Shown: piece by piece, positions 26,406-40,145 of the stretch | Layout of the letters: every line of letters begins with the position of its first letter | How positions within the stretch are numbered: position 1 is the first letter of the stretch | Origin: Hamiltosporidium tvaerminnensis FI-OER-3-3 | Lineage: Eukaryota > Fungi > Microsporidia | DNA: 64,000 nt | Assembly: GCA_022605425.2 (NCBI GenBank) | Contig: CM061254.1 | Coordinates: forward strand, 682,001 to 746,000 | Reading direction: 5' to 3' | The notes under the pieces: model-generated | The model's input: only the letters and a program-made list of their open reading frames with translations | Databases searched by the model: none | What the model was told of the DNA's origin: nothing | Position numbers and translations under genes: made by a program

Positions 26406-28009
26406 CGATGTAGATGATGCTGTACAGGCAGTTTTAGAGGGAAAAAAATATATCTACGCCTAGGATATAAGCAAAGTTTCTTATTCCCTGTAAAAAAACT
26501 TGGAAGAGGTTTGAATAATGTTGAGTTTAAAGATGAAGCTATAATTTTGCAACTCTTGGCTTGTCTGGAAAAATCTAAAGATTCATCGACCAGGATAGCT
26601 GAAATTCTTGAGCTTTAAGAATAAAACTAAAACGCAACTTACATTTTAAAAACTTTTTTAAATTCAAATATGAGTGGAAAAATGAAGTTACAAAGAAAAA
26701 AACTAGATGAAGCTCAACTTGCTAACTTATATAATGAAATCGAAAACCGAAAACCACATTCAAAATTATATAAGGCAAGAAATAACCAGCTGATAAATGT
26801 AAATTCTTCCTTGGGATGGTTAAAGAAATGATGTGTAAAACCACGTGAAAAGCAGTGTTCTGTTATATCCAGGATAGAAATGTCTTCTAGGGTGTAGTAG
26901 GTGTATGCTCATATTGCAATCAGTCTAGAAAAACAGTAGAACATGTAGCAACGAGATATGTAAAAATACTTGGTCATGATTATACTAAATTACACAATGA
27001 GGCAGTACGATTCATATATTCACTTCTACTAAATATATGACAATTGAGTCTTCAAACCGAATTAAGAGTCACTTAGTTTAAGAAATTATTGATAATAAGT
27101 ATGCAAATAACAGAGTGAACACTAGAATAAAAACTAGTGTTAAAATTCAAAATAATAAGCCGCTATAATCATTTGGGTTTTCCACCATGCCGGAAGCAGA
27201 ATTGGCTTGGACTTTCTCTGCTTGTCGTAAGAGGCGACTAAAAGGGACTGATCTTACATGTTGGGGTTGGACGTAGGGCTAACAACCTACTCTTTAAAAC
27301 CACCTTTTTTCGGAACCCGATAGGTAAACAAAACCACTGGGAAAAGACCGAGGCGTTTACTAAGGGAGGCCAAGACTTGCACAGGGCTGTAGTTTCAAGG
27401 ATGAATGAATCATTTGGGACAACGAGCAGAATAAGATAATCCTCATTAGAGTAGGAATCACTTCCTAAACTCACTTGAAATAGTTGAAACAGAGCAACTT
27501 AGGAAGTATGAGCTATTTTCAGATGAGATGGATCTTATTGTTAAAGTAATGGCGAGATGTTTCTTTATGTCCTAACCGGGGCATTATTTTAACAAATAAC
27601 TTAAGACATATAGTAAAAGACGCAAAACATCCATGAAATAGAGGCATATATCTAGTCAATAGTACCCCAGTAGAAAATCGAACCAATTTCCTTAGGTTAG
27701 TGAAGAGGGCTTGAGTCTAGACTAAATGCCGAAGAGAGCATCATTAAGTGTTATTGAAATATCTGAAGCGCATAAGCAACCATCAACTTTTTTAAAGCAA
27801 GTAAATATCCAGGGGTTGTGTGTTAAACAACTGAATATGAAAAATATTTTACCTCTTACTATTTTATATGGCATAACCACAGCGGAAAAACCGACAATAA
27901 ACATCATGAAGTTCAGATTTAGTAAAGAATAATGAAGTGATTAAGGTAGTGGAAGAAACTATTTAAAGAGATAAATTTTTGTAAGCCAGAATTTTATCAA
28001 ATAAAAATT
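26406..28009 (+). mobile_element. Decayed 5'-truncated R4/Dong-like RLE retrotransposon, interrupted by family B SINE
   Basis: LGRGLNNVE/LLACLEKSK (RT thumb), FCYIQDRNVF..CxxCNQSRKTVEHVATR..HDYTKLHNE (CCHC-knuckle region), NNKP(D)IIIW|DNEQNKIILIRVGITS (RLE), and 3' end CCAGAATTTTATCAAATAAA. Degenerate TSD core ATTATTTGT at 26395-26403 and 28012-28020. Confidence 0.85.
27178..27407 (+). mobile_element. Family B bipartite RTE-derived SINE (B3), nested
   Basis: Exact TSD AATCATTTGGG at 27167-27177 and 27408-27418. Contains GCTTGTCGTAAGAGGCGACTAAAAGGG, GGGGTTGGACGTAGGGCTAACAACC and CAGGGCTGTAG...GATGAATG. Confidence 0.9.
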
Positions 28010-28043
28010 TAATTATTTGTTTTTAAAAATGAATATTTAGATA

Positions 28044-28370
28044 TTGATTGATTCTAAAAATTTATTTAAGTATTTGATTGTAAACACAACATTTAATTAT
28101 AAAATGAAAGAAATAGAGTCCAAACTATATCACTTATTAACAAAATACATAGACAAAATTGATACTTATACAAACTATAACTATAATATAGATGAACTAG
28201 GACATATTGTTAAAGAAATCAAGGAAGAAGATCTAAAATATAATTATAATCTTAAATATTTTTTAGACAAATATAAGATTATATTTTTGGAAATAATTAT
28301 TTGCATTTTTATATATTTGTTTTTTATCTTTGCTTATACATTTATTTTAAATAAATACGAACCATTTTGA
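28044..28370 (+). pseudogene. 3' remnant (or small gene) encoding a C-terminally membrane-anchored protein
   Basis: 108-aa open segment with hydrophobic tail IIFLEIIICIFIYLFFIFAYTFIL, AATAAA a few bases after the stop, starting ~35 bp after the 3' end of the R4-like insertion. Confidence 0.35.
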
Positions 28371-31300
28371 TTAAAATAAATATTTTTTGTCTTCCCAATA
28401 TTTCGCGCAGCATATATTACAAATATTGATATTTCGAGGTAAATAAATAAAGTTTTGTTTCTTGTACATTTAAAAAAAAATGTAAAATAATTGTTTTAAT
28501 TGAGATATATGATGTTTAAAAGAAAAAATGCTTCAAAAGACTAAATATTATATATCTTGGGCATTGAAACTCATCTTTATTTTCAGTTATGGGACAATCC
28601 TTAAAAAATATTTTGTAAATATGGATTAAAATGTAGGTATTATCCGGAAATTATATTAGTGATTATTTTTTTTTCATTTTCATCCTAGGATTTTTTCAAA
28701 TATAGAATATATTTTACATTGATATAGACAAAAAAATATTTAATATCATGTTTATATCAAGAAAGATGGAAAATACACTTTACTTCGCTGCCCCGGACAT
28801 AATATATAATAAACAAAATGTAAGAAAACATTTTATTACAAGTATCTAAGAAAGTTTTAATATTGTTGGCTTGTATGTTCATAGACTCTAAAAATAAAAA
28901 GAATTTTAGGAAATAAAATCCAAAGTGTTGGTAGAATGATCGAAACCAAAGCAGAAATTCGAAATTGGAAAAAGAGTTAAATATCATGAAGTCTAAAATA
29001 AAACGAGCAAAGAGATAATAATGCAGTCAAGAAAAAATGAAGAAAATTGGCTCGGTTCTAAATATATTTTGGTTGCATTTGTACAAATCAAATAATTTTG
29101 GTTCTAAAAATTGTATTTAACAATTTCTAATTGAATGATTACAATGCTAATATTTTTAATAATTTCTATAAATTTCAAACTATGTACTAATTCATTCACT
29201 TGTGAGTTTTATTTGTGGTAAATTTCTTTCCTATTCGAAATAATTATTATACGATAGGAATACACACATCATTGGGTTTAATATTACACCTTTTAATTTA
29301 TTTAATATCTCAAAATAAGAAAGATTTCTCATTTAATTTTTTGTTTATAATTGTCTTCATTCAAATGTTATTCTTTGAAATCAAAAAGCTATATTGTTTA
29401 CCAATAAAAAAAATCAATTGTATAATAGTGCAATTCTCTTGCTTTTTTTACTTCACTCGGTGCATTCCTGTTTAATAACCCTAAATTTACATTTAAAACT
29501 TTCATATATTTTGAGCCGATGTATTTTTTTTAGTAAATCTACTCGCGACTTTTCGCCAAATAATTTTGTTTTTCGCTCAATGGAATGTTTTTTCTTGATC
29601 GAGCGCTATTTTTATAAGAACATTTATCTGTCGATATTTATTCTTTTTGGATTATATCTCTGAATTCTCGTTCTCAACCATCCTCGGTATTTGATATAAA
29701 TCGAAATCCTCTTTTTGTCTTAAAAAATATGTTTTCGGCTAAAGGTGAGAAAAATACAATTGAATGAAAACCTTGCAGTTTTGAAATGTGTAAGTCAGGG
29801 TAGGATATATAGTTTAATTGGTTAAATATTGTAAGCGAATGTGAATTTTTTTCCATGAAAAAACCTTTGTATCATAAAATTTTGAGCATGGGCATCAAAG
29901 ATACTACATAAATATTGATAATTCGGGTTTCTACAATTGATTCCAAAAAAAAGCAAATGAAAGTATCTTAAAATAATTTTTAGTTTGTGCTTATTAATAT
30001 TCTTGACCATTTACTTGATGGATTACAGTGAGCCGTGAAAATCTTTTTCATTGGTCTAAGAATTACAACCAAATTGATATAAAATATACGATTTAATAGC
30101 CAAAAATGGCATGAAAAGCTTGTAGGCTTACCGTAAATAATTAAATATACAAAAAATGCCTTTGAAGTCTTTTAAGTCGTTTGTTTTTATTGTTAGTATA
30201 TCCCCCGTCCAAAAAAAAACATAACTTTTGCGATCTACTTTCTCTCATTACCATTCAAATTTCTTTCAGGCAATAATTTATGTCACTAGGTTTATCAGAT
30301 CTGAATTCGTTGAAATCTACAATTTCGTGTGGTTTTTATTTTGTGAAAGTTATCTCAATGAGATTCGAGACTCTTTGATACAATCAAAATATTATAGAAG
30401 TCGCTTTTTTATATATTTACACTATTTTTAAATATTACTGTTATTATGAGGTCATACAATTTGACGTTTTTTAAAGATTATACGTGAGTATCTAAAATAC
30501 CTAGCCACGGGCACTTAAATATAATTATGTATATCGTAAATCATCTCTTTAATTTTATGTTGTGATCTTCTAATTTTACAGGTATTCTACATATATAAAT
30601 TAATACTTTAATCTACAGGTGTATCTTAAAAATCTTTACAAAGCATATTCTAGCTATTTATGTTTATCAAGGAATAGGTGTTTTTTCTACTCTCTAGTTG
30701 ATTTAATTTATGCTAGCAGAATTAAAATTACTTAAGAAGGTTTTTGGAATAAGTTTTGATTAGATACATAAAATTAAAGTTTGAAAAAAAAATTGATCAC
30801 ATATTTTTTTGTTTTGTTCTTTTCTGTGCAGTAAAGTATATTTCTTATGGATAAGAAAAATTTTTTTTAGCTTGAAACTTGTAAAGACTTGTCCTTATTT
30901 TATCAACTTTAATGAAATAAAATTGTCTGTGAAGTTATTTTCGTAAATATTAACTCGATAATATTTCTTAAGTTTTAGGATACAGAGATATTTTAATTTA
31001 ATTTCTTTCAAGTCTTAAACAGTATTGAATTCATATCACAAGGTCATAAATGCTCGAGACAAATAAGATACTAAATTGAAAGATTTGATTGATTATACTT
31101 ACGTCATATCATGTTTTAAACTAAAATTGATTCGAGATTCGCAACATTTTGATATTTCTAATATATTTGTAATAATAAAGCTATCATGTTCTAACTGCGT
31201 TTCCTAAAGTTTTTTTGCATAGATATGTTTATAAAATTCAATCTTTCTATAAAATCACTATCTCTTGAACCAAACTTATACTTTTAAGATATAATCCTTA

Positions 31301-33352
31301 TCCCAGGAAGATTTGAAAATACAGGCGAAATATACGATCTATGACATTTCATATATAAAGTTTCGCTTTTTTATGATAACATATTTTATTTTTTATATAT
31401 TTATGTATGCTTTAGATGCGGAATATTACTTTTTATTTATTGTTTGTCTTGGAAGACGAATTCGTTTATGACAACAATATATATTTAATAGCCAAGTATA
31501 TTATATTTTTAGTGAATTAAATTTGAAAAAATAAATAATTTCCTCGATAAAAATATTAAGTTAAAAAATATAATAATAGATTTAATTTGGCTGGGTTTAA
31601 TAGTGTCAATTTATTCATCTGTTGTATATATTCCGAAAAAATTATTATTTGTTTATAATATGAATCCTGAAACATATAAATCCTTTAAGTTGGTTAAAAT
31701 TGATATACTTACGTTAAAAAAAATAAATTTTACGAAGATAATTATAGTTCTTTTAAATTTTTTATGTCTTATATCTGATACGCTAGTATGCATTATTTCT
31801 TTAAAATCTCAAGTTATGTTATACACAAAATTTTAATTTATATTCCTCTATTGAATTCAAAAAAACACAAGAAAATTTTAAAATGATAATATTTTGTCCT
31901 TACCTTTGTTTTATATATTTCATATTACAGGTAAAAGTTTAAATATAATAGTTTGCTAATCAGAAAAAGTCAATTTCGGCAATATACGAAGCTTTTTTGC
32001 ACAGTATTAATAAAAATGTTTTTTGGGGGTATTTTATCTCTGTTTATATGTTGAATTAAGATTATTATCATATTTACACTTTAAAAAATGACTCCTATAT
32101 TTTTGATGACGAAATAACAATCTAATCTCTCTTTACAAATCATTTGTGAGAATTTTGCTCGTAAATTTCAATAATTCAATAGTTTCAATCAAATTTTTAA
32201 TATTAGCGCAGTTAAATCGAATATCAAACATTTGGGAGTGATTGATTAGTGACAGTAATTTAAAAACAATCTTTATTCATGTTATATTTTTTCAAATTAT
32301 ATAACTTAAACATAATCTTGCGAAAGTGATTCCGCATCATTTATATAATTTGGTTTATGTCTTGTGCGTAACTTAGATCATATATCTGCTAAATATTTTT
32401 TAACTTCATAAACGCTTATAGAATCCAATTTTGGCTACAACTGTTCTTCTTTGTTTTTGCTGTTTTGTTTGGCTGGCTCTTGTAAAGAATGTGCCTGTTG
32501 GTTATCGAACTATCAAAATACTGCTTATTGCCACGATCAAAACCCGGCCTGGTCGATACACCTATTAGCATAGCTTTGAAATATTACTTTTTTTTTTAGA
32601 CAATTTCCGAAGTTATTAGTTATTATGTGCTACATAATAAGAACTTTTATGTTGAGAAAATGTGTTATTTTCGATCAATATTTTACAGTCGGCGGTTATT
32701 TAAAATATTTTTCAACATTATTTTGTTTAAGAACAATTTTATTTGAGCTTTTTTGTTTGTTTCTTGTAGAAATAAGTTATTTTTTGACTTATTTGCTTTA
32801 ATTATATACGATCATAAATTAAGTGAAAATCCTTTTCTATAGAATCTTAGATGAAAAGATTATCTGGAAATCGTAAAGTAGCATTGTATGAGATATCTAA
32901 GGTTGTTTTGAAATTTTCAGTGCAAAATTGACACTAAATTTAATTTTTTAGTCGTGAAATCTTCTCAAAAAACAATCTCGTATTGACTTTAACTTTATCA
33001 TATAAACATACACAGTATAGAGTAATTTTAAATTGAGTTGCAGCATTTATATCCTCGCAGCTGAATTGTTATCGGCTTATGTTACAATCAGAAATGTTAA
33101 AAACTTTTCATTTCACTATCTGCTGCTTGAATTTAAAGTCTATTTTTACTTTTTAACTACTATTTTACGTATATTGCTTCGAATATTTTTAGAGCATTTT
33201 TTTCGATTTTGTTTAAAAAATTTTCAACTAATTTCCAACAACCTCCAAAAATTGTCGTGAGATTCATCCGTTATATAAATATTAGATTAAAGTATTTTAC
33301 AAGTTGGAATGATATGAACTAGATAGGTTCATTGAACATAATAATTACAAAT

Positions 33353-33791
33353 TTATACGCAACATATTCGTATTATAGAATAATGTGAGCATTTATTAAT
33401 ATTGTAACTATTTTTTGTTGGAATCAAATAAATAAGAAACTTGTGATGAAAATTGGTTTGGATGTGTAAAATCATAAATTTAAAAAGGCTAAAAGAATAA
33501 AATTTTATTGTAAATCCAATGATTTCATTCTTCGTTTTTTTCACTTTCGGTTTCGTAATAGCTTATAATCTCTGCAAAATTCAAAGTAACTCTTTGGCGT
33601 TTAGAATTCATATCAAGAAAATTCGGTCGCTGTTTAGATTGTGTTTTGGCCGAATCATTCTCCTGATAAGACTTTTCATCATTTTTATCTATCAATGGTT
33701 TTTCTTCGGAAATACAGCCTATAGAAATAAGTTTAGATATAAGAAACAGAAATGAAACAAACGTGCTAAAAACATTTGGAAATAAAAACAT
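33353..33791 (-). pseudogene. Frameshifted secreted-protein pseudogene (5' part)
   Basis: CCCTCGTG-ATG start context and signal-peptide-like MFLFPNVFSTFVSFLFLISKLISIGC. The ORF stops after ~88 aa and an overlapping frame continues (33353-33544). Confidence 0.45.
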
Positions 33792-35224
33792 CACGAGGGA
33801 TATTATTTTTTTCTTATTTATAATTATATTTCTAAATATAGAATTTCTTTTCGAACTTTTTTTTTATTAATCATAATTAAAAAAAAACAAATAATTGGGC
33901 ATATTTAGATTTTTCTAAATCTATTTTTAACATTTTTTATTACACATTATAATTATGACTTTTTCAATAATTACCAGACTGAATTAATTTTTAGAGATTA
34001 CATTGCAAACTTATATATAAAAATTAAAGTTTTATATTTTATTGATTATAACTACATGAAATTCCATAGAATAATTCTTCTATTCATTAAAATTAGTTTT
34101 TACTTAATCTAAATTATTCGGTCATAAAAACGATCAACGATACTTACTATTACTTCAAATTATTCTTATCTTTTTTTAATATAAACAGAATATTCTTATA
34201 AATTATGTTTTTAATAAAAATATTTAAAATCTATGTTCCAGACTCTTGTTAAAGAAAGCCAAGAAATATCAAATCAATATGACTTTATTCTGTATTTTCA
34301 ATCTTTTAATAAAAAAATAAAATTTAATTCGTTAAAATGATTTATATTTACTTTGATTTGTTCAGTAGTGAAATTTGAATTAAAATAAAATGTTTGATTC
34401 TTAAAACATTAAACATAGCGAAAAATATCTTCTAAGATTCAAAAAAAAATTAAGATATTTAATGTATTTTATAACATTTACATAAATCTAAACTTTCTAA
34501 AATACATTTATCTCAATAAGTATAAATAAACTAATTTCTTTATTTTTAAATATATGTTAATTAGGAAAATAATTTGATTCACTATATTTCATTTAAATTT
34601 ACCATTCCTTTATTTATTTTTATTGCGTTTATGTTTAAATTGTTTATTTATGAAATTATTTTAAAAGTTTAGCTATTCTTTTGAATATAATCTAGCCTAT
34701 ATCTGAAATGTTTAAATTAAATTTTTAATACTCTTATTTATAATTTAATGGCTTATTAATTTACAATAGTTGACTTTATTTTATCTTAAATTACAGTGTT
34801 TTGATATAAAAACTTTTTATTATCCTTCAAATTCAGCTAAATTGATTAGAGTGGATTCAATCTTATATTTTTTCTTATTAAGATTAATAAAGATGTTTAT
34901 TTAAAATAGCAAGTATAATATAATAGTATTAGTTTTTTTTCTTTTCTCTGATAAAATTGTATATTTAGATTGAAATTTACTACTATCTTGAATATTTTAT
35001 TAAAACAGAGAAAATATTCATTGTTGTTAAGTTTCTTCATAATTTTTTTCGGTAAAATGAATTTAAAGCTTTTAAAGATATTTAAATGTGAATACTTTAT
35101 ATAAATGCTTATAAATGCCACATTGCATAGAAAATGTGAAAAAAACTTTGGCATTTGAATGAAATAAAAAAATATGTAAATATATAAATTAAATTATTTT
35201 ATATTTCGAAAGTATATATACAAT

Positions 35225-35956
35225 ATTTATTGACATATTACAGCCTTTGAAACCAGTGGCGGATGTTATATTTGTTTTCATGACATTAACGCAATTCTAG
35301 GTTTAACATAAATAGCTGCTCCCCTAATACACTATCTGTACTCCCTGCGATACCTAGATCCTAAAGCCCTTCATCAAGAAAGTGTGTAGATCCCAATTAA
35401 TGGGCGAGATGGTTGCCCGGTGTTAGTTAATATTTGTTGCATGGAGTATGATCGTAGCTAGAAACTCCTCCCGAGCTCTCCAAGACTATGCAGCATTACC
35501 ACATACTCTATACTTACCGTGCCGCATAAACTTTTAGTTAAGATGTATTTCGGCACTTACATGTAGTCCACTTATGTGTGTAATGTCATAACAACAGGTA
35601 TAACGTTCTTCTTAGCTTTACCGGCTTTGAAAGGTTTTGTTTTTGGTTTTTCTAGGCGCTAATTTTTCTAACCCTGGTGGGCAAGGCTAGGTTTTTAGGC
35701 ATTTACATGGCAATTATTTACAAGTTCGCCGCGGTCTCCTACTTAGTTTCATAAAAAACACCAAAATAAATTTGTAAAAAGGGTTTCACTATTTCGTTGA
35801 CTCACGCCTCCTCAGCAAATTCTCAGCGAACAACCGAAAATATATATGGTTTGGTTCCCACCAAAAATCCAAACAATGATCTTCACACCAATTTCACATA
35901 CAATTTGCAGAGAATTGGTTTTTTTTTTTTGGGGGGGGGGTTTATCCATCCTTCAC
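35225..35956 (-). mobile_element. Family A element, moderately diverged full-length copy (A2)
   Basis: Colinear with 36313-37039 (TGTTTTCATGACATTAACGC, CCCTGCGATACCTA, CCAAGACTATGCAGCATT, CCACCAAAAATCCAAACAATGATC). Confidence 0.88.
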
Positions 35957-36312
35957 ATTACTGTAAATTAAATTTTCAAACATTTATAATTTTATATATA
36001 TCAGTAAAATTTCTGCCAAATTATTCTAAGTCTTTTTTATCATTTGGAATTCCATTATTTGTAAAAATATAATAACTAAGAATGATTTGATAAATAATAG
36101 AAAGATTTTATGTAGTTTCTTTTAATCTACTCGATTTATACTTTTAAACTTCCTGCGTATTTTCAAAAGCCAGTTTTTATTATCGAGACGTATGAATATT
36201 TTTTTTTTGAAAATTTTTAAACTTGAATATTCTTTCTATCTTTTTATAAAATCGTTAACAATATTTTACTCAATGTTTCTAATTATGATTTAATATCGTA
36301 GAAAATCTAAAA

Positions 36313-37039
36313 ACTTTATTTAAAAGTATCACATCTTTTTAAAATAGTGGCAAGTGTTATATTTGTTTTTATGACATTAACGCTGTTCTAGACTTAACAT
36401 AAATGATTGCTACCCCAACACTCCATCGGTAACCCCTGCGATACCTACGTCCAAAAGCCTTTCATCTAACAGGTGTGTAGAACCTAATTAAAAGGCGATG
36501 CAGTTACCCAGAGTTAATTAATGTCCGCTACATGAAGTGTGACCGAAAGCCGAAGCCCCCCTGGGCTCCCCCCAAGACTATGCAGCATTCCCACTTACTC
36601 TACACTTTCTGAACCCAATAAACTTCTAGCTAAGATATATTTCAGAGATTTACATGGGGTCCACCTAGACAGTGCAATGTCATACCAACAGGTATAACCT
36701 GCTACTTAGCTTTCCTGGCTTTAAATGGTTTTTTGTTTTGTATCTCCCAGGCGCTAAGTCTTCTAACCCGAGTGAGCAAGGCTAGGTTTCCATGCTTTTA
36801 CCTGGCAATTACCTAAATTTTCAGCTGCGTTTGCAATCTGGTTACATAAAAAACTACAAATAAATTTGTTGAAAAAGTTTCTCCATTTCTTAGACCTCTC
36901 CTCCTCATAAAAACTCCCATGGAACAACCGAAGATATAGTTGGTTGTATTTCCACCAAAAATCCAAACAATGATCTCACAACAGTTTCACACACTCATTG
37001 CCAAGCAAAAAGTTTTTTATGTGGTTATCCTCCCTCCAC
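36313..37039 (-). mobile_element. Family A element, young full-length copy with perfect 14-bp TSD (A3)
   Basis: TSD TAGAAAATCTAAAA at 36299-36312 and 37040-37053. 727 bp, highly similar to 49740-50468, no long ORF. Confidence 0.93.
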
Positions 37040-39173
37040 TAGAAAATCTAAAATAAAAATAATTTTAACAATTTAATTTAAATAAAAGTTCTGCCAATCG
37101 TATTTTTAGATATCAAGGGATATGTTTTAGGTAATTTGACTATTGTGGTTTACTAACCCGATTTTTACTTACAAATAAAATATATATAGAATTAGAAAAA
37201 AATTTCATAGCTGAAAAAAAATCATGTTGATTATAAATGAGGAATTTTTTTAAAAAATAGACTAAATTTAAAAATATGCACATGCACATTGATTATTTCA
37301 TATTTTGTTTGGATTTGGTTTTGATATTAAATCGAAATATAATAAATTCAAAAAATATAGAAAGCTTTATATATTTTAGCCTCTTTTATATAAATACATA
37401 TCTCATCATCTTATTTGTTGGTTTTCTTATGGTATAAAGAATCTAATTCCGTATTAATCTTATTTTCATATTGTGAGAAATCAAAGCAAGGTTAGGATTA
37501 TAATTCAATCTGTTTTAGTTCTACTGGTATGTAATATTCTTACTGTATGTTTTAATATTCTTTTTTTGTTACTAATCTTTCATTTTATATTTTATTTTAA
37601 TATTTACGTTTTCAAGCTATGGTTTTTGATATATGAGCAACAAATCAAACCAATGAAATAAAAATACAGCTTTTGTGAAACTAAAAACAGGAATAATAGC
37701 TTGTTTATAAAATTATACACACTGTAGTTATCATAAAGTATTTGAAGTACTCTCAAATGATTATATTTTGTGACATAATAATCTTAACTGTAAACACTGT
37801 ACAATTAATTAGTATATTCCTGCAATTTGATATACTTTAAATATAAATTATAAAATGAACTTTTTATATTTATAATCTAAATATGAGATATAACTAAGAA
37901 ATAATTTTAAACAAGTTTAGTTTGAGTTATATTTTTGTTTGACTTATTTTGGTTTTCATATTCTCGTCTTTTTTAATATTGCTATTTTGTTTAGCTTTGA
38001 ATTGATAAATTATTAAAGGTCTTTTTACTTCACATTTCGATTTATATAACACTACACAGAATTTACTTTTTCTCGTTTGAGTTTTATATATTACAGGTGT
38101 TTGTGTACCTCATTAATTCGTTTTTTTGATTATATTTTGCGATTTAATCTCTCTTCAGTATATGTAATGGCTGTGATTTTCACCCTGGTTTATAATATAT
38201 AAATATACTAGTCTTTAAACATTGTCACTAATGGAGATCTCTATTATAAACTATTATAAAGCTCAAATCAGCCTCTTATGGTATTTTATGGGTGTATTAT
38301 TATAATTTATTGTATAGCCATTGCTATTGCTCTATAAACATTGAAAAACAGAATATTATATCTTTGATTCTACTTCGATGATTTTTTTTTTCAACAATGT
38401 GAAACGAATATTAAAAGTGATTTTGATTTTCATGTATTGTCTAATAAAATTTATTATTTCAAATTGGTATTTTAAAGAAATAAATATAAACTTTTATCTA
38501 TTTTATTTTTAAATCTATATCTACTTCATAATATTCATTGTAAAGGATCTATCGGGATTTAACTTCCCATTCGTTTTGAAAACTTAAATTTATATTTAGT
38601 CTTGCCTTGACAAAAAAAAGTCTTTGAAATTTATGTTTTATATTCTTATGAAACAACATTTTGAAAAAATCAAAATAAATTAGCATTCCCTGAAGAATAC
38701 TTTGATAGCATTTTTTATAAGATAAAGAATATTTAAAAATATAATGAAGTAAAAGGTGGCCTACAAACTAATAAATATATATTCTTATTAAAGATAGCAT
38801 GACATGAATTAGTTTAAATAATATTATATAACTAATATCCTTAATATTATCGTTTTTTCTTATATACATTTTTTATAAATTTTTAATTTTACTAAAAAAA
38901 CATTTAATTTGCAAAAAATGCAGACGGAAATTTAAGATAAACAACTTTATTAAGACTTCGATTCATTAATATTCTTAGAAGCGTTTAATTCTGTAAGTTC
39001 TTCAAAAACAGAACTTTCATTTTCATTAACTGTAAATATTAGTATTAAAGACATAATTGATAAAGAAAATCCTACAAGAAATAATTCATAAGTTTGATAC
39101 ATCAGGGGAGATTACTTTAAATTTTATTTAAATATTTTTCTATAAATATTAAATCTACTATACAGATACAAAA

Positions 39174-39556
39174 TATTTTTATTTAATAAAATTCTGGGTT
39201 AAAACATTTTTACCATTTTTATATGTTTTCTTCTACCTCTTTAACCACTATTGTCTCTTCTTCCAAATCCGACTCTTCATTTATGTTATTGGTCGGTTCC
39301 TCTAAAGTGGTTCCTCCTTGTGAAATAAGGGGTGCTTTATTTTTTGGTTTAAAATTTTTTTCACCATCTTCCTCTCTCTTCTCTTCTTTTAAAGGGGGTA
39401 TTGGTTCCTCATGCACCTCTGATCTCATAATAACACCCATTAACGCTCTCTCCCAGCTCTCTTCGGCATTTAGTCCTGATTCAAGTCCTCTTCGTCGATC
39501 AAAGGAAATTGTTTCGACTGTTTTCTTAAGTACTATAGACTGAATGTATGCCTCTA
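39174..39556 (-). mobile_element. R4/Dong-like element, young 5'-truncated 3' end
   Basis: TSD (CTA)TACAGATACAAAA at 39158-39173 and 39554-39569. Encodes the element C-terminus EAYIQSIVLKKTVETISFDRRRGL...EVEENI*. Near-identical to 49254-49628. Confidence 0.92.
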
Positions 39557-40145
39557 TACAGATACAAAAAAAGTTAATTCCTATAAATTAATTATTTAAA
39601 AATTTATATTTGAGGATTTAAGAAAAATATTTTTTCAGTTCTTAAATTTAAAATTATATTTAAATAAATTATCTTTACTAAGTCATAAGCTTTGTATATA
39701 AAAACTTTATCAAGTATCTTCTGCAAATCACTGATCTTTATTTATTTAAAAAATATTTCTTTTAATTATAAAATTTAAATTTTTAATGTTTAGATTTCTT
39801 TTACTGTATTATCAATAGATTTACTTCCTTATAAGTATATAAAATATATTTTAATATAATTTGTCAATTATTTCTTATTTTTGCCCTTTCAAATCTTAAA
39901 AATATTGAATTCAATTTTGTCTCGGAAAAAAGTATAAATTTTGATTTCTTAAGATGATTTATAAATCATATTATTTTTAGATGACATTTTATGAAATGGC
40001 ATGCGTGAGAAAAGAAATTTAAAACCATTTAAAGATTTGTAATATCAACTAGCTTTTAACTATTTTATACTTTTGAATATAATTTAGATAGAATTTATGT
40101 CCGAGGCTCAAAATACTATATAATTGCTCTTTATATCGAAATAAA

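Noticed and set aside
35919-35940. Poly-T/poly-G run as a G-quadruplex or terminator
   Set aside because: Copy-specific homopolymer expansion of the TTTTTTATGTGG segment of family A; absent in other copies.
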